A program made the translations under genes and the position numbers. From Adineta vaga (Eukaryota > Animalia > Rotifera), in assembly GCA_021613535.1 (NCBI GenBank), contig CP075496.1, forward strand, positions 372,001-436,000: DNA of 64,000 nucleotides. The letters are read 5' to 3'. Below are positions 51,150-62,694 of this stretch, one piece after another. The notes under the pieces are model-generated. The model was not told the origin of the DNA. It ran no database searches and worked only from the letters and a program-made list of their open reading frames with translations. Numbering within the stretch: the stretch's first letter is position 1; each line of letters starts with the position of its first letter.

Positions 51150-52121
51150 TTATTGAAATGCTTTGGCGTTCTCTTTTAGCCATTCTTCTAGTGTACGTAA
51201 TGGTCGACCAATAATGATGGCGATTTGTGGAGTAGGTGTTTGACAAATATCACCCATGGAATATTGTGTGAGTTCATAAGCAAACGAATGGGACATGTTG
51301 TGATTAGTTAGTGCTTTGTAGAAGTCTTCCATCGATTGTTGTTCATAAGTAATAGATCTGCCAAGAACTTTGGAGAAGACAGCTGCTCGTTGTTCATTGC
51401 TCAAACAATCCGCACCCAACTCGTAAACGTTACGATCGTGTTTCTCCACAGATTCACTTAAAACAGCCACGGCGCAATCAGCGACGTCTATAAACGTAGA
51501 AAAGAAAAATTAAGGACATAATTATTGTCACTACTTACCTCTAGTGTCAATCCAAGTCGCTTTCGACGAAGATGAACCACATGAGACAATTTTGTTTGCA
51601 TGTTTGATCTGATGAATATCGATCCAAAGATGATTGGACATGAAACCTCCCGGACGAAGAATAACCAATGAACGCTGATCAGGATTATCATCAGCCAGTG
51701 CCCATAGCTTTTCTTCAGCTGCTGTATGTGCATATCCAATAATACCTACCATACCAGTCAAGCTGACTGACACTGAAGACAGATCGACGATTTGGCGAAC
51801 ACCTTGTTCAAATGCAATCCTGCCGAAAGTGTATTTATTTTGAATCAGCGTTGTTGGTTTGGTCAGAAAGTCAGCAACGAGAAGAAAGAGACGAGTATGT
51901 CCTTGGATTGCTTTTGTGTAGGCATCAATGGTAGTATAATCACCGACAGCGATGGTGAGGTGACCAGTTTTTAGTTCATCTTTGAATAGTTCTTTGGTTT
52001 TCTTTTCATCTCGGACATATGCTGTTGTTTGAATTCCTTTTTTGACAAGGCCACGAACGACGTCGGCACCAATATTTCCACTTGCTCCTATGACAAACAC
52101 GCTTTCTTTACTTGCAGACAT
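51150..52121 (-). CDS. NmrA-like NAD(P)H-binding protein (atypical SDR); exons 52121-51539, 51487-51150
   Basis: VFVIGASGNIG Rossmann motif, AHTAAEEKL, ILRPGGFMSN, WIDTR|DVA across a phase-1 intron, IIGRPLRTLEEWLKEN. Confidence 0.9.
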
Positions 52122-52315
52122 GTTATTCGTGAGAATGAATATGAACTGACTTTTTTTTTCGCTTTTTATAGACAAGAGAACGCACCTGGATGGAGGGAGA
52201 GAGAGAGAGGGGAATAAACACTACGCACGCAACTAAAGTACGATAGAGTACACACTGAAAAAGAAATTAGCGTAAAAATTGATTGCATGTAACAACCAGC
52301 CGGCAACGTGGTCAC

Positions 52316-52370
52316 TACACGAGGGTGTAGGTGTGAGTATATCTTGTCTATCATACGTAGATTACAAGAA
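52316..52370. repeat. Boundary element site N (right arm decayed)
   Basis: gagggtgtaggtgtgagtatatcttgtctatcatacgtagattacaaga; loop resembles sites H and J. Confidence 0.6.
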
Positions 52371-52403
52371 AATTGTGACAACGAAGAAAGCATAGCTATG
52401 GTT

Positions 52404-55400
52404 TTATGAATTTAGTTTTAAACGTCGTTGTATTTTCGTTCGATAACGATTTATCTTTGTATGAAACTCGTTTTTATAGAATTTTGATGGAATGATAAAT
52501 AGAAGAGATGTTACTATTGTTGGAATGAATGAAATAAAATATGCTGTAAGAAATAACCATGATTCATTTGTTGAACTCATACATTTAGTTATAAATGAAA
52601 TGATTAAACGTGGTATTGCAAGAATAACTAAAACAAATGGACCAATAACTAAACGTTTATGATGAGAAATTTGTTTTTGTAAAAGTTTTTTAAATGTTTG
52701 TTGATGTTGAATACGAAATTTTCGTCGAGAATTATTAGTAATAATAATAATACTAGAAATAAGATTACATAAAAATGGTCCAATAAAATGTAAAATATTT
52801 ATAATATAATTATAAGTTTGTAATTGTGATGAATATGTGACAATACACCAAATTCGTTTATCATCATCATCTTGTTTTTCAAAAATCAAACGTCGATACA
52901 TTGGATCATGAATGTTAGTAACAATGATTAGAATTAAAAGAATTAAAATTATTTTTTTTGCCATTTGTTTACTTTTTTTCCTTTGAAAACGTGAACCTTT
53001 TATTGTTGTTATTGTTCTTTCTATTGCAACACATGCATATAACCATTGATTCATATAGAAACAAATTCGAAGTAGAATTTCAATTGAATAACATTGTATT
53101 GACAAAAATAACCAATTTTTAATAATTAATGTTTGTGTTAATATAAGAATACTTAATTTTAAACTTAATACAAATATAACTAATAAAGTTGTTACCGATG
53201 AGCCTAATAGATAAATTCCACAACCAACTGTACATACAGCTTTTGTCCAAAATGTAATTATTCCAATAATTCCATCTATTAATCCTACAAGAACAAAAAT
53301 ACTCATTAAAACAATACTTATTTGAACAATCGATGATTGATAACGAAATGAAAGTTGAGGAGAAATATGATAACTTAGAATATCATCAAGTGAAAGACCA
53401 AATCCATTAGTACTAAATTGACAACGACTACCATAAAAACATCGAGGACATAAACATATAATTCTTCTTGAACAATCTAATGTATCTTGAAAACATTGTC
53501 CATTATTTTCACAATGATTTTGACCAGAACAATCAAATTTCATTGAATGATTAAATTGAAAACAATTGACTAAATATTGATTATTTGTATGAATATAACA
53601 TAAACATAATTGAAGTTCATCATGAAAACATTTGAGACGAGTTTGATTTGTTTGACATAGTTTATGATAAGATTTAATACGTTGAAGAAGATGAAGTGCA
53701 GAAAATTGTTTATTTGAAATTTTATTTATATGTGGACAATGATCAAATGAACTGATTTTTTTATAAAATTTAATTGATCGAGTATAAGTTTTATTAATTG
53801 AAATTAAATAATAATTTTGACGAGTTAATTCAATGAAAATAAGATGATATGGTTGTGACCAATATAAAATAATTGAATCTTGTTGAATAAGTATTGTTTT
53901 AAACGTAGTTGTACATCTTGGTTTGTTTTCTTGATAAATTTCAATAAAATGAACAAATATCGATTGAGGAATACGAATATCTTTTTCAAATGAAAGAATT
54001 ATTTCATTTTCAGCAATTTCACATTGATTTCCACGAAAACCTCGAGGACAAAGACACGAAGGTTTTTGTGTCGACATAAGAAAATCATCAGGTGGAATAC
54101 ATTGACCACCATTTTGACAAGTTGAATTTACTTTATTTTGACAAATTGTATTGAAAAGAAGACATCGTGGACCAAATCGATGCAAAGGACAAATACATAT
54201 CGATTGATTATGAGCATTTATACCAATACTTAATGAATCTAAAGAACATTGAATAGAATATGGAATAGTACAATGTCTTCCAGCCCATCCTGGAATACAT
54301 TGACAAAAACTAACATCAAAATTGTTCATATATTGAATACATTTACCATGTTTACAATAGAAATTAGAACAATATTTTACTTCGATATAAATTCGTGGTA
54401 TATCGATTAAAAATGATAAACGATGTACAGGTAAAAATGAAAATTGAATTGGTAGAATAAAACTTCCTCGATAATTTAATGAACTTTTTTCATATATATC
54501 AATATGTATAGTATAATGATAGGTAGGATTTTTTGGTTGAGTTCCATATAATAAATAGAATTCAAATTTATTATTACAATCACGCATTGATAAATATGTC
54601 ATCTGTTCATAGGATTGTATAATTCGTTGATTATTATTATCATCACCAATTAACATAACAACAATGACAAATGCTGTTTGCCAAGTATCTAATGTTCCAC
54701 GTATTCTCAAAGTAAGACTTATACGTTGATTTTGATATTGACATTGTGAACCATAGTAACTTGGTGGACAAAGACATGTTGATGTACTTAAATTGTTTCT
54801 TCTATCTAACCAAACACGTAGATCAAGACCACGATGACAATGAGATATTTGTGTATATCGAGGAATTTGAATGATTTCTGGAGAAAACAAAGTTAGATTG
54901 TTCGTCTGATCTACAGGATAACTTTCGAAATCATGAATATTATTCAAGACAAATTCTCTTTCAAATAAAAATTGATTAATTTCTAAATTATTATGTATAA
55001 CTTGTATCATATTTGAATGTTTTGATGTAGAACCTCCGGATGGTCTTTGTAGCAATCCCAATGGAGCAATATCCTTTTTTTCACAAAATATTTCATCATG
55101 TTCATTAATACAATTCTTAACTGTATTACAAATAAACATTGGCGATATACATACTTCTAAACGACCCGTTTCACAATAGAAAGATTTTCCTCTAGTGGAA
55201 AATTCTCTTTCAGTACATAGTTTTGGTTCATCTAAAGCACCTACACAATCAATATTTCCATCGTTAACTTTTTCCAAAGGTAGACACATAATTTGTTTCG
55301 TATAAACTGATACACAGACATGTTCCTTGGAAGAACAATTTCTCGAAAATAAAACATCACAACCAACTTCATCATCACCCTTTGGACAATGCCATCTACC

Positions 55401-57146
55401 ATCACAACGTGTATAAGCATTATTACATGGCCATTGATCACATTCAGTTTCATCAGTTTTGTTCTGTCCGTCAATGTTAATTGAATCCAAATCTATCTTT
55501 GTATCACAAATTTTTTTGAATATAATTGATTTCTTCTCTTCAACTTGTCTTACATAATCAAGTTCACATTTATTTTCATACCTTGTACCACATCCACATT
55601 TATCAACTTTAATTATTGATAAAGGAACACATGTGTTAGAAATCGGACACTTAAAACGATTGCGACAAAAATATTCTGTTAGGAGAACATTTTCCGGGAT
55701 ATTTTGCTCTTCGTCATCAAATTTTGGACAATCCCTAATACGATCTGCTAAACGATGTATAGAAATACATTTCGATGAATTCTGACATCGATAGGTATTT
55801 GATCTATTACACATTTTATAGGTTAAATTTTTAAATGGATTATACTCCAATATTCCTATATCAATATAATCATATAGTGCAGTTGTTTGTGGATATCCAG
55901 GAATAACTGATGTAATCAATGCAACATATACGTAGCAGGTAACATTATTCAAAGATATTGTGAAATCATTAGGAGAATAATCATCAAGAGAACGATTACT
56001 ACACATATGTGTGAATGATCCTCCAGCGTTGATGAAATATGTTGATGGATTGTTTATATAGGTATGATAGACAGTACCGTATAAAATTGGAATAGATGGT
56101 ATATAAATAATATTTGGACATATTTGTTCAATAATTTTGAGACATTGATCATTTTGACAAATATTTTCACAATTAAAATCAGGTATTCTTATAAGACATT
56201 TCATTGCTGACCAACAATCATCAGTTGTACTGTTATCCTTAATTGAAAATAATAACTTTATTAGAAATGCCACTCGTGGTTGTACACATGATGTCATAAA
56301 TAATGGATCGGTACATCTTCTTTCTTCACATTCAATTGTTGGCTGATGAGAAGAACAAAAATGCATATTTCTTATACTCTTTTCTTCATATCTGAGTGCA
56401 TCAAGACAATGAACATCAATAAATCCATTAGCATCAAAAAGCATCGGAATACATTGTCCATCTGGACATCGATATTCGTTTTCTTTACATTCATTGATTT
56501 CAAGTTGCCAACAAAGTTTTTCATCAATTGCTTCATTGAGACAATGAACATGTCCATCACAAATTTCAGTCCAATCTAAACATCCTAAATAAGTTGTATG
56601 TTGACATGATAAATGTTCATAACATGTTAAATTATTCGGTTTATAAGGATTATTATCATAGAAATCACGAATAATATGTTCTAGAGATGTGTGATTTGGA
56701 TGATGATAATCGAATTGATATTGACATAATGGACCAAACCAAGGTAATGTACAATTATAGAAGATTTCTTTTCCTAAGAAATGACTATTTGTTATCGATA
56801 ATTGATTTAAGTAGAATTGATAACGTTCAATAATATCTATTGGTGCCGACCAGTAATATAATTGTTCACTTGTAATATTTTGTTCTTTAAGTTCAGCAAA
56901 AGTGTAATTTGAAAGAAGATTATCTGTTTTGATCGTAAATTGAGTTGATGATTCACCCATACAAAACGAAGTAATTGGACGACTTTGAGGCGTTTTTAAT
57001 TCAATTTCAGTAATTCTCAAACAACTATGTTGTAATCCATTAAGATTTCCATTCGATTCACTGATCATCGAATCTGTGAAATAAAGATTGATTTGTGGTG
57101 TTGCACAAACACAATAAAACATTACAATAGAAAATAATCGTTGCAT
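52404..57146 (-). CDS. Large intronless receptor: signal peptide, LDL-receptor class A and EGF repeats, C-terminal rhodopsin-like 7TM
   Basis: CDGHVHCLNEAIDE, CDGRWHCPKGDDEVGC, CLCPPSYYGSQCQ, CQNGGQC, then 7 TM segments with CVAIER. Confidence 0.9.
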   Translation of the reverse strand: MQRLFSIVMFYCVCATPQINLYFTDSMISESNGNLNGLQHSCLRITEIELKTPQSRPITSFCMGESSTQFTIKTDNLLSNYTFAELKEQNITSEQLYYWSAPIDIIERYQFYLNQLSITNSHFLGKEIFYNCTLPWFGPLCQYQFDYHHPNHTSLEHIIRDFYDNNPYKPNNLTCYEHLSCQHTTYLGCLDWTEICDGHVHCLNEAIDEKLCWQLEINECKENEYRCPDGQCIPMLFDANGFIDVHCLDALRYEEKSIRNMHFCSSHQPTIECEERRCTDPLFMTSCVQPRVAFLIKLLFSIKDNSTTDDCWSAMKCLIRIPDFNCENICQNDQCLKIIEQICPNIIYIPSIPILYGTVYHTYINNPSTYFINAGGSFTHMCSNRSLDDYSPNDFTISLNNVTCYVYVALITSVIPGYPQTTALYDYIDIGILEYNPFKNLTYKMCNRSNTYRCQNSSKCISIHRLADRIRDCPKFDDEEQNIPENVLLTEYFCRNRFKCPISNTCVPLSIIKVDKCGCGTRYENKCELDYVRQVEEKKSIIFKKICDTKIDLDSINIDGQNKTDETECDQWPCNNAYTRCDGRWHCPKGDDEVGCDVLFSRNCSSKEHVCVSVYTKQIMCLPLEKVNDGNIDCVGALDEPKLCTEREFSTRGKSFYCETGRLEVCISPMFICNTVKNCINEHDEIFCEKKDIAPLGLLQRPSGGSTSKHSNMIQVIHNNLEINQFLFEREFVLNNIHDFESYPVDQTNNLTLFSPEIIQIPRYTQISHCHRGLDLRVWLDRRNNLSTSTCLCPPSYYGSQCQYQNQRISLTLRIRGTLDTWQTAFVIVVMLIGDDNNNQRIIQSYEQMTYLSMRDCNNKFEFYLLYGTQPKNPTYHYTIHIDIYEKSSLNYRGSFILPIQFSFLPVHRLSFLIDIPRIYIEVKYCSNFYCKHGKCIQYMNNFDVSFCQCIPGWAGRHCTIPYSIQCSLDSLSIGINAHNQSICICPLHRFGPRCLLFNTICQNKVNSTCQNGGQCIPPDDFLMSTQKPSCLCPRGFRGNQCEIAENEIILSFEKDIRIPQSIFVHFIEIYQENKPRCTTTFKTILIQQDSIILYWSQPYHLIFIELTRQNYYLISINKTYTRSIKFYKKISSFDHCPHINKISNKQFSALHLLQRIKSYHKLCQTNQTRLKCFHDELQLCLCYIHTNNQYLVNCFQFNHSMKFDCSGQNHCENNGQCFQDTLDCSRRIICLCPRCFYGSRCQFSTNGFGLSLDDILSYHISPQLSFRYQSSIVQISIVLMSIFVLVGLIDGIIGIITFWTKAVCTVGCGIYLLGSSVTTLLVIFVLSLKLSILILTQTLIIKNWLFLSIQCYSIEILLRICFYMNQWLYACVAIERTITTIKGSRFQRKKSKQMAKKIILILLILIIVTNIHDPMYRRLIFEKQDDDDKRIWCIVTYSSQLQTYNYIINILHFIGPFLCNLISSIIIITNNSRRKFRIQHQQTFKKLLQKQISHHKRLVIGPFVLVILAIPRLIISFITKCMSSTNESWLFLTAYFISFIPTIVTSLLFIIPSKFYKNEFHTKINRYRTKIQRRLKLNS

Positions 57147-58149
57147 TTCAAAGAGTTTTTTGTGTTTATGCACAGTAAGCTTCTGTGAAAGCTGACGATA
57201 AATCTACAATAAATTTATTTAGTTCCATCTGTTGACGTTAATTAAAATAACGGAAAAGGAAATCAGTAGGCAGAGAATTTCATCTCACTGAATATCAAAA
57301 AATAAAATATATTCTCTAACACATATATCTATAAAGTATTAAATAAAATGTTTTTATATTAGAACAGCAAAAACGCGACGTTTAGTATTTGATTTTTGTG
57401 AAAAACTATTGCCACACTTATCTTTTTCTTCGTGATAAATAGATATTTAATATTAATGAAAATATTCATAGGGTGTATAGATATTAATATCAACGGTGTA
57501 AGATGAATTTTCGCCATGATACTATTAAAATTTTTAATTGATTTCAATGAAAGAACGAATACGATAAAAATGGATACAGACGAAACGAATGGTATGAAAT
57601 AACTATGCTTTGACACAAGCTGATAACGACGAAATGATTCATCGAGGTATTGACAAAATAACTATAGTAACTGGACTGATTTTTTATCGTTGAATTCTTG
57701 CCAATGATGTTCACGGTATGTTAAATGTGATTATAATCAAGCTGGTTTGTGATGAGTACCACGAAACTTTATAAATGTAGCCGTATAAAAATTGGCAAAG
57801 AAAGGATCGAGAGAATGAAAATGCAAAATAATTGTATTATATGTATAAATTAAAATAGTTTACGGAATGACACACCAAAAATGTTGATTATCTTTATCTT
57901 GGAATAGATGTCGATACATAGGTTCGCATGAATCATAGAAATCCTAATTAACAATGGTAAGAAGAAAAACATTCATTGTGTAATACGTTTACTAGAACGT
58001 TTATTAAAACGAATTCATACTTATACAGTGATAAATCGTCCAAGAGCGGCACAAGCAGCAAAGGTGAAGGTGAGTTTGTTTGAAACTTAAATTGAAGAGT
58101 TTCAATTAAACTTTCAGTTAACTCTTTCACTGCTCCGATTTGCTCTTGA

Positions 58150-58257
58150 ATGATGAAAGAGGTATCGGGAAATTCGAAAGATCATACGATCAATCCTATC
58201 GATTGCTACCGGCATTTTATCACTAATGAGATTATTAGTCACTTGGTTCGTGAAACC
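58150..58257 (+). pseudogene. Short piggyBac-like transposase fragment truncated at site O
   Basis: NPIDCYRHFITNEIISHLVRET resembles the PGBD motif P.D.F..F.T.EII..IV.ETN.YA and is cut after ET. Confidence 0.5.
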
Positions 58258-58303
58258 ATCTTGAGGATAGGTGTATTCTTCTATCCTATACCCACACCCA
58301 CCC
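58256..58303. repeat. Telomere-like palindromic boundary element, site O
   Basis: CCATCTTGAGGATAGGTGTA-ttcttc-TATCCTATACCCACACCCACCC. Confidence 0.85.
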
Positions 58304-58862
58304 TTTTAATTTTTTTTCTTAATAAATTTAATTCCTGTTTGTATGAATTATCATTCTTTTTTTTCAATCAATCATAAGAGAAATATGTTTATTCATTATA
58401 CAGTCGAATCATTAAAAAAAATAGAATTGTTTTTCTATAACATAGAAATTAATGAAAGTTATTTAACGGTAAACTGCAAAATTTTGACGATATGTGATCT
58501 TTGTTATACGTCGCTTTGAAGAAAATGTAATTATAAAGGATTATCTTCAGTTTGAATAATACGTTCTCAATCTAAAGAAAAAGAAAAGAAGCTATGTTAT
58601 CATTCTGGAAGCTTCTTTAATTTGTATGCAAAGTCTTTAACTGTGATAATTTAAAATAGTTTCTCTGGAATCTTTTGTTCATACATGATTTAATTTGATA
58701 AATGAGTTTCTTTAGTAAGGTGTTAATCATCATTCTATAGGAGAATGCTTTTTTTTCTTTATATCTTATTATTAATTATAATTGTTTCGCTTGACTATCT
58801 GACTCTATTTATTCACTGAACATTCTTTTTCAGATATATAAATAAAAGTTGAAAAGGTTTTT

Positions 58863-59462
58863 ATGACTGAGGACATATTAATACTTTTGTGGGTCATTCT
58901 TGGTGTAATAGGATTTTTTGGTAATTGTCTTACAATATTATTTTCTTCGTATCGATCGAAAATCTATTGGAAATTTATATTGGGAGGTTCACTCATTGAT
59001 TTTCTCAATATTTCATTACTTTTAATTTCATTATTGTGTAACTATATTTGGTACAGATTCGAATATCATTTTTATATTCGGTATGCATTTCAAGTGACTT
59101 TCATAGTTCTACCATATATATGTAATAATTGTGTATTAATGGCTTATATTTATGAATTGGTACTTACTAGTAATCCTGAATCACTCCTAGGGAAGCTAAA
59201 AGAATGGCAAACGGTGCGGTGGACAATTTTTTTCATTTTGTATTGTATAGCGCCTGTTGCGTGTATTATACTTGTCTTGATACTTTATGATCCTACGGCT
59301 GAAAGTACAATAATAGAAATCTTATTTTCATTATTGTTTGGTGTTCTTCCATTTGCACTTACGGCCCTAGTAGTTTCACTCTCTTATCGAAATATTTACC
59401 GAAGACGCCAAAGAGCTGTAAATATATCACTGTTATTCACAATTTATACAAACAGCATGTGA
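58863..59462 (+). CDS. Partial GPCR-like multi-TM ORF (about 5 TM), possibly the 5' part of the Kelch gene
   Basis: GVIGFFGNCLTIL (TM1-like), LFGVLPFALTAL (TM5-like), ends at RRRQRA|gt. Confidence 0.55.
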   Translation: MTEDILILLWVILGVIGFFGNCLTILFSSYRSKIYWKFILGGSLIDFLNISLLLISLLCNYIWYRFEYHFYIRYAFQVTFIVLPYICNNCVLMAYIYELVLTSNPESLLGKLKEWQTVRWTIFFILYCIAPVACIILVLILYDPTAESTIIEILFSLLFGVLPFALTALVVSLSYRNIYRRRQRAVNISLLFTIYTNSM

Positions 59463-60103
59463 TTTCTGAACAATTTTATAATATAAATATTTTTGTTCTT
59501 CTCTCACAATAAATAGCGTCATTCTATGAAAATATTAAATACAATTTGTTTTGTATTAACAAATAGCAACAAATGCCACCACTACAACCAATATAATTCC
59601 AACTATAACTGCAGTTACAGACACAACAACAGCAACAACAACAACTACAATCTCACTACAACTACTGCTCAGCCAAGAAGTAAGCTATTAAGATTTGAAA
59701 TTCATCGTTTGACTTTCATTAAAATTCAATGAGATTAAGAAAAGTCTAAAAGAAAATGTATAAATAGATTTATTGTTAATTTGAAAAGATCAATGACGTC
59801 AGTTTATTATATAAATCGAAGGTTCTGAATATTTCTTTTTCTTCTTCTTCTTTGTCTATAAAATTTAATTTGAAATTAATCCTTTTCGAACAGATCATTT
59901 TAGAAGTAAATACTCAAAAGAAAACAATAACTGTTTGAATGAGTAAAATGAAAAGAAACAAATCATGAACATTTGTACGCTTTTAGATTATTATTATTTT
60001 CACTGCGAAATTTATACAGTAAAAAATTAGAATATGAATCCTATCTGTCACATTCTCGCATCCTCTTTTGAAACATTATAATAATGTAGTTGTTTCTATT
60101 TAG

Positions 60104-61107
60104 AATGGTATCTAACCGGTAATCTTGGTATATATGTAGCAGAACATGCAGCATCCATATTAATAGATGGAACAATTATGACTACTGGCGGATATACTGA
60201 TAAAGGTGTAACGAATAGCGTTTATCTATATAATGTATCAACGAAAACGTGGAATAATACAAATAATATGAAACAATCACGATATGAACATACAGCATCT
60301 ACCTTACTAAATGGGAGAGTCTTAGTTACTGGTGGAAGGCTTTCAAGTTATGATCATGATAGTGATATCCTGGATACTGCTGAATTGTATGATCCAATAA
60401 CCAAAAAATGGTCATTGATTGATAGTATGAATTATAAGCGATATAATCACAGAGAAACTCTTTTAACAAATGGAAAAGTATTAATTACTGGTGGAGCTAG
60501 TAAAAGTTATGATTCAGCTATTCTGAATACTACAGAATTATATGATCCATCAATAGACATTTGGGTCGCCACAGGTAGTATGAAAAGTGCACGAAGGAAC
60601 CACGCAGCATGTCTTTTAAAAAATGGAAAGGTATTGGTGGCTGGCGGTTCTCGAGCTAGTGCTGAATTATATGATCCAGCAACAGGACAATGGACACTAA
60701 CGGGTAGCATGCAGTCTTCAAGAGAATATCATACAATGTCTTTGTTACCAGATGGACAAGTACTAGTTACGGGTGGTAATTATCAATATAGTCTAAATAG
60801 TGCTGAATTATACGATCCAGTAACAGGAAATTGGTCCTATACTGACAGTATGCATTATGCCCGAACGAAACATACAGCAACTATATTACAGAATGGAAAT
60901 GTATTAGTTGCAGGTGGATATAATACGACTGCTACAAATAGAGTTGAGATTTATGATTCATCGACAAGAAAATGGACAACAATTTATGAAAGAATGAATG
61001 GTGAACGATACTCACATACAGCATCCTTACTACCAAATGGAGAAGTGTTAGTTGTTGGTGGTCAAAATTCTAATAATCAGTATTGGAATTCTGCAGAATT
61101 CTATTAA
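60104..61107 (+). CDS. Kelch-repeat beta-propeller, last exon (Thr-rich exon at ~59566-59679 upstream)
   Basis: Acceptor at 60103; ~7 repeats of R..HTA.LL.NG.VLV.GG...AELYDP..G.W. Confidence 0.9.
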
Positions 61108-61188
61108 TTATTAAAAATAAATAAAGAGTTTGAACGACTTTAAAATCATAATTTTCTAGTACCGACAGAGGTATTCGACGATGTCAAA

Positions 61189-61240
61189 GATGTGCGTGGG
61201 TGTGGATACAATATCGAGCTAACACCCACACCCACACCCT
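61189..61240. repeat. Telomere-like palindromic boundary element, site P
   Basis: gatgtgcgtgggtgtgg-atacaatatcgagctaa-cacccacacccacaccct. Confidence 0.85.
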
Positions 61241-62694
61241 TCTTTTTTCCAATATTTATTACGATTAGTTCGGTGATAAGTTAATTTATATAAAAGAGAA
61301 TAATGGATAATATTTACTTCACAGAATGTAACGATCACACTAAGTTTGAAGAGTTTAATTTGTTTTTGACATCATTCTTATGCACACTGTTTTCGTACAA
61401 TTTGTATCAAATATTTTCAAACGTAATAGAAAATATGGAGAGGCGTTTGTTTTTCTTATCAGGTTAGAAAACTTCAAATTAATTAGCAAACTCAGACATG
61501 ATAAATCTAATAACAAAATTGTCATTACCAAATGAAAAACTGGATCTTATGCGATATTATTGTTCTGACAAGTTGTCACAAATTCAAATAGAAATCTAAA
61601 TAGACGACTTTTTGAATTACAAATAAAAACCAACACCCTTCCACAGATGATGTCCACGGAAAAATATTCAAGTAAATACCACTGTTTACACAAATAACGA
61701 TCTTTGCATTATATGTAAGGAAAATATATCATTACTCTAATATATTTAGTCTTAATTTGTGACTATGTAATTCTTATCATGATGAGATATGATAATAATA
61801 GGTCTTTTTTTTTATTAAGCCTTATTAAATTCTGTCTATATTTACATTTGTTGTTCGTTTTATATTATAAATATAAAATAAATTAAAATAAAAAAGTTAA
61901 TCTGGTAAGTCGAATTGTAGAGAAAACATGAAACCAAATCCAAATAGCAAAGTATTAATCAAATGTCCTGCACATGATCATTAGTAATAATATGTTCGTC
62001 ATCTGTTAGTAAAATTTCAAACAGAAATCTATTCTTTCAATTGATAAAATTGGGATTATTATATCAAATAGTAAAGTCTCACATATGTTTTGATGTATTA
62101 TATATTTGCATATAGACTTTATATTTCAAAAAGTTCAACTTTTCAGTGCCAGATGATACCGTGGTTCATCATCTACAGATTCTAATACATCTATATAATA
62201 AATCCCTAGTAAATCTTTATAGCTCAATAGAACTAATGAATTGCAATTAAAGGATAATTAGTTCAAATTTAGCCAGAAGAAAATAAATTCTATATAAATA
62301 TTAATAGTAGCAATAAATGAGTTGACCACGGGATTGAATCGTCGAATATATGGAGAATGAAGAATAGTTGAATAGGTGTTAAACTAATAATAGACAATCA
62401 AAATGATAAATTCATTAATAACTACGATTTCTGGCGGTGCGGCAACGTTTGATTAGCACGATTCATAATTATCCACCAAAATTTAAAATTATAAATTTTT
62501 AATTACTCCAGTGTCTGTCAAAAACTTCTTTCATGTGCATGCATCAAAAATTTTTGTATGTTTTTAAGAGTCAAATTTATTTGGGATATAAAAGAAGTAG
62601 TAGGATTTTAGAGTATTTTTAAAAGGACAAATTACAACGAATAAAAGTAATGCGCAGTACAATACATACAAAATATGAAAAAACAATTGTCAAC

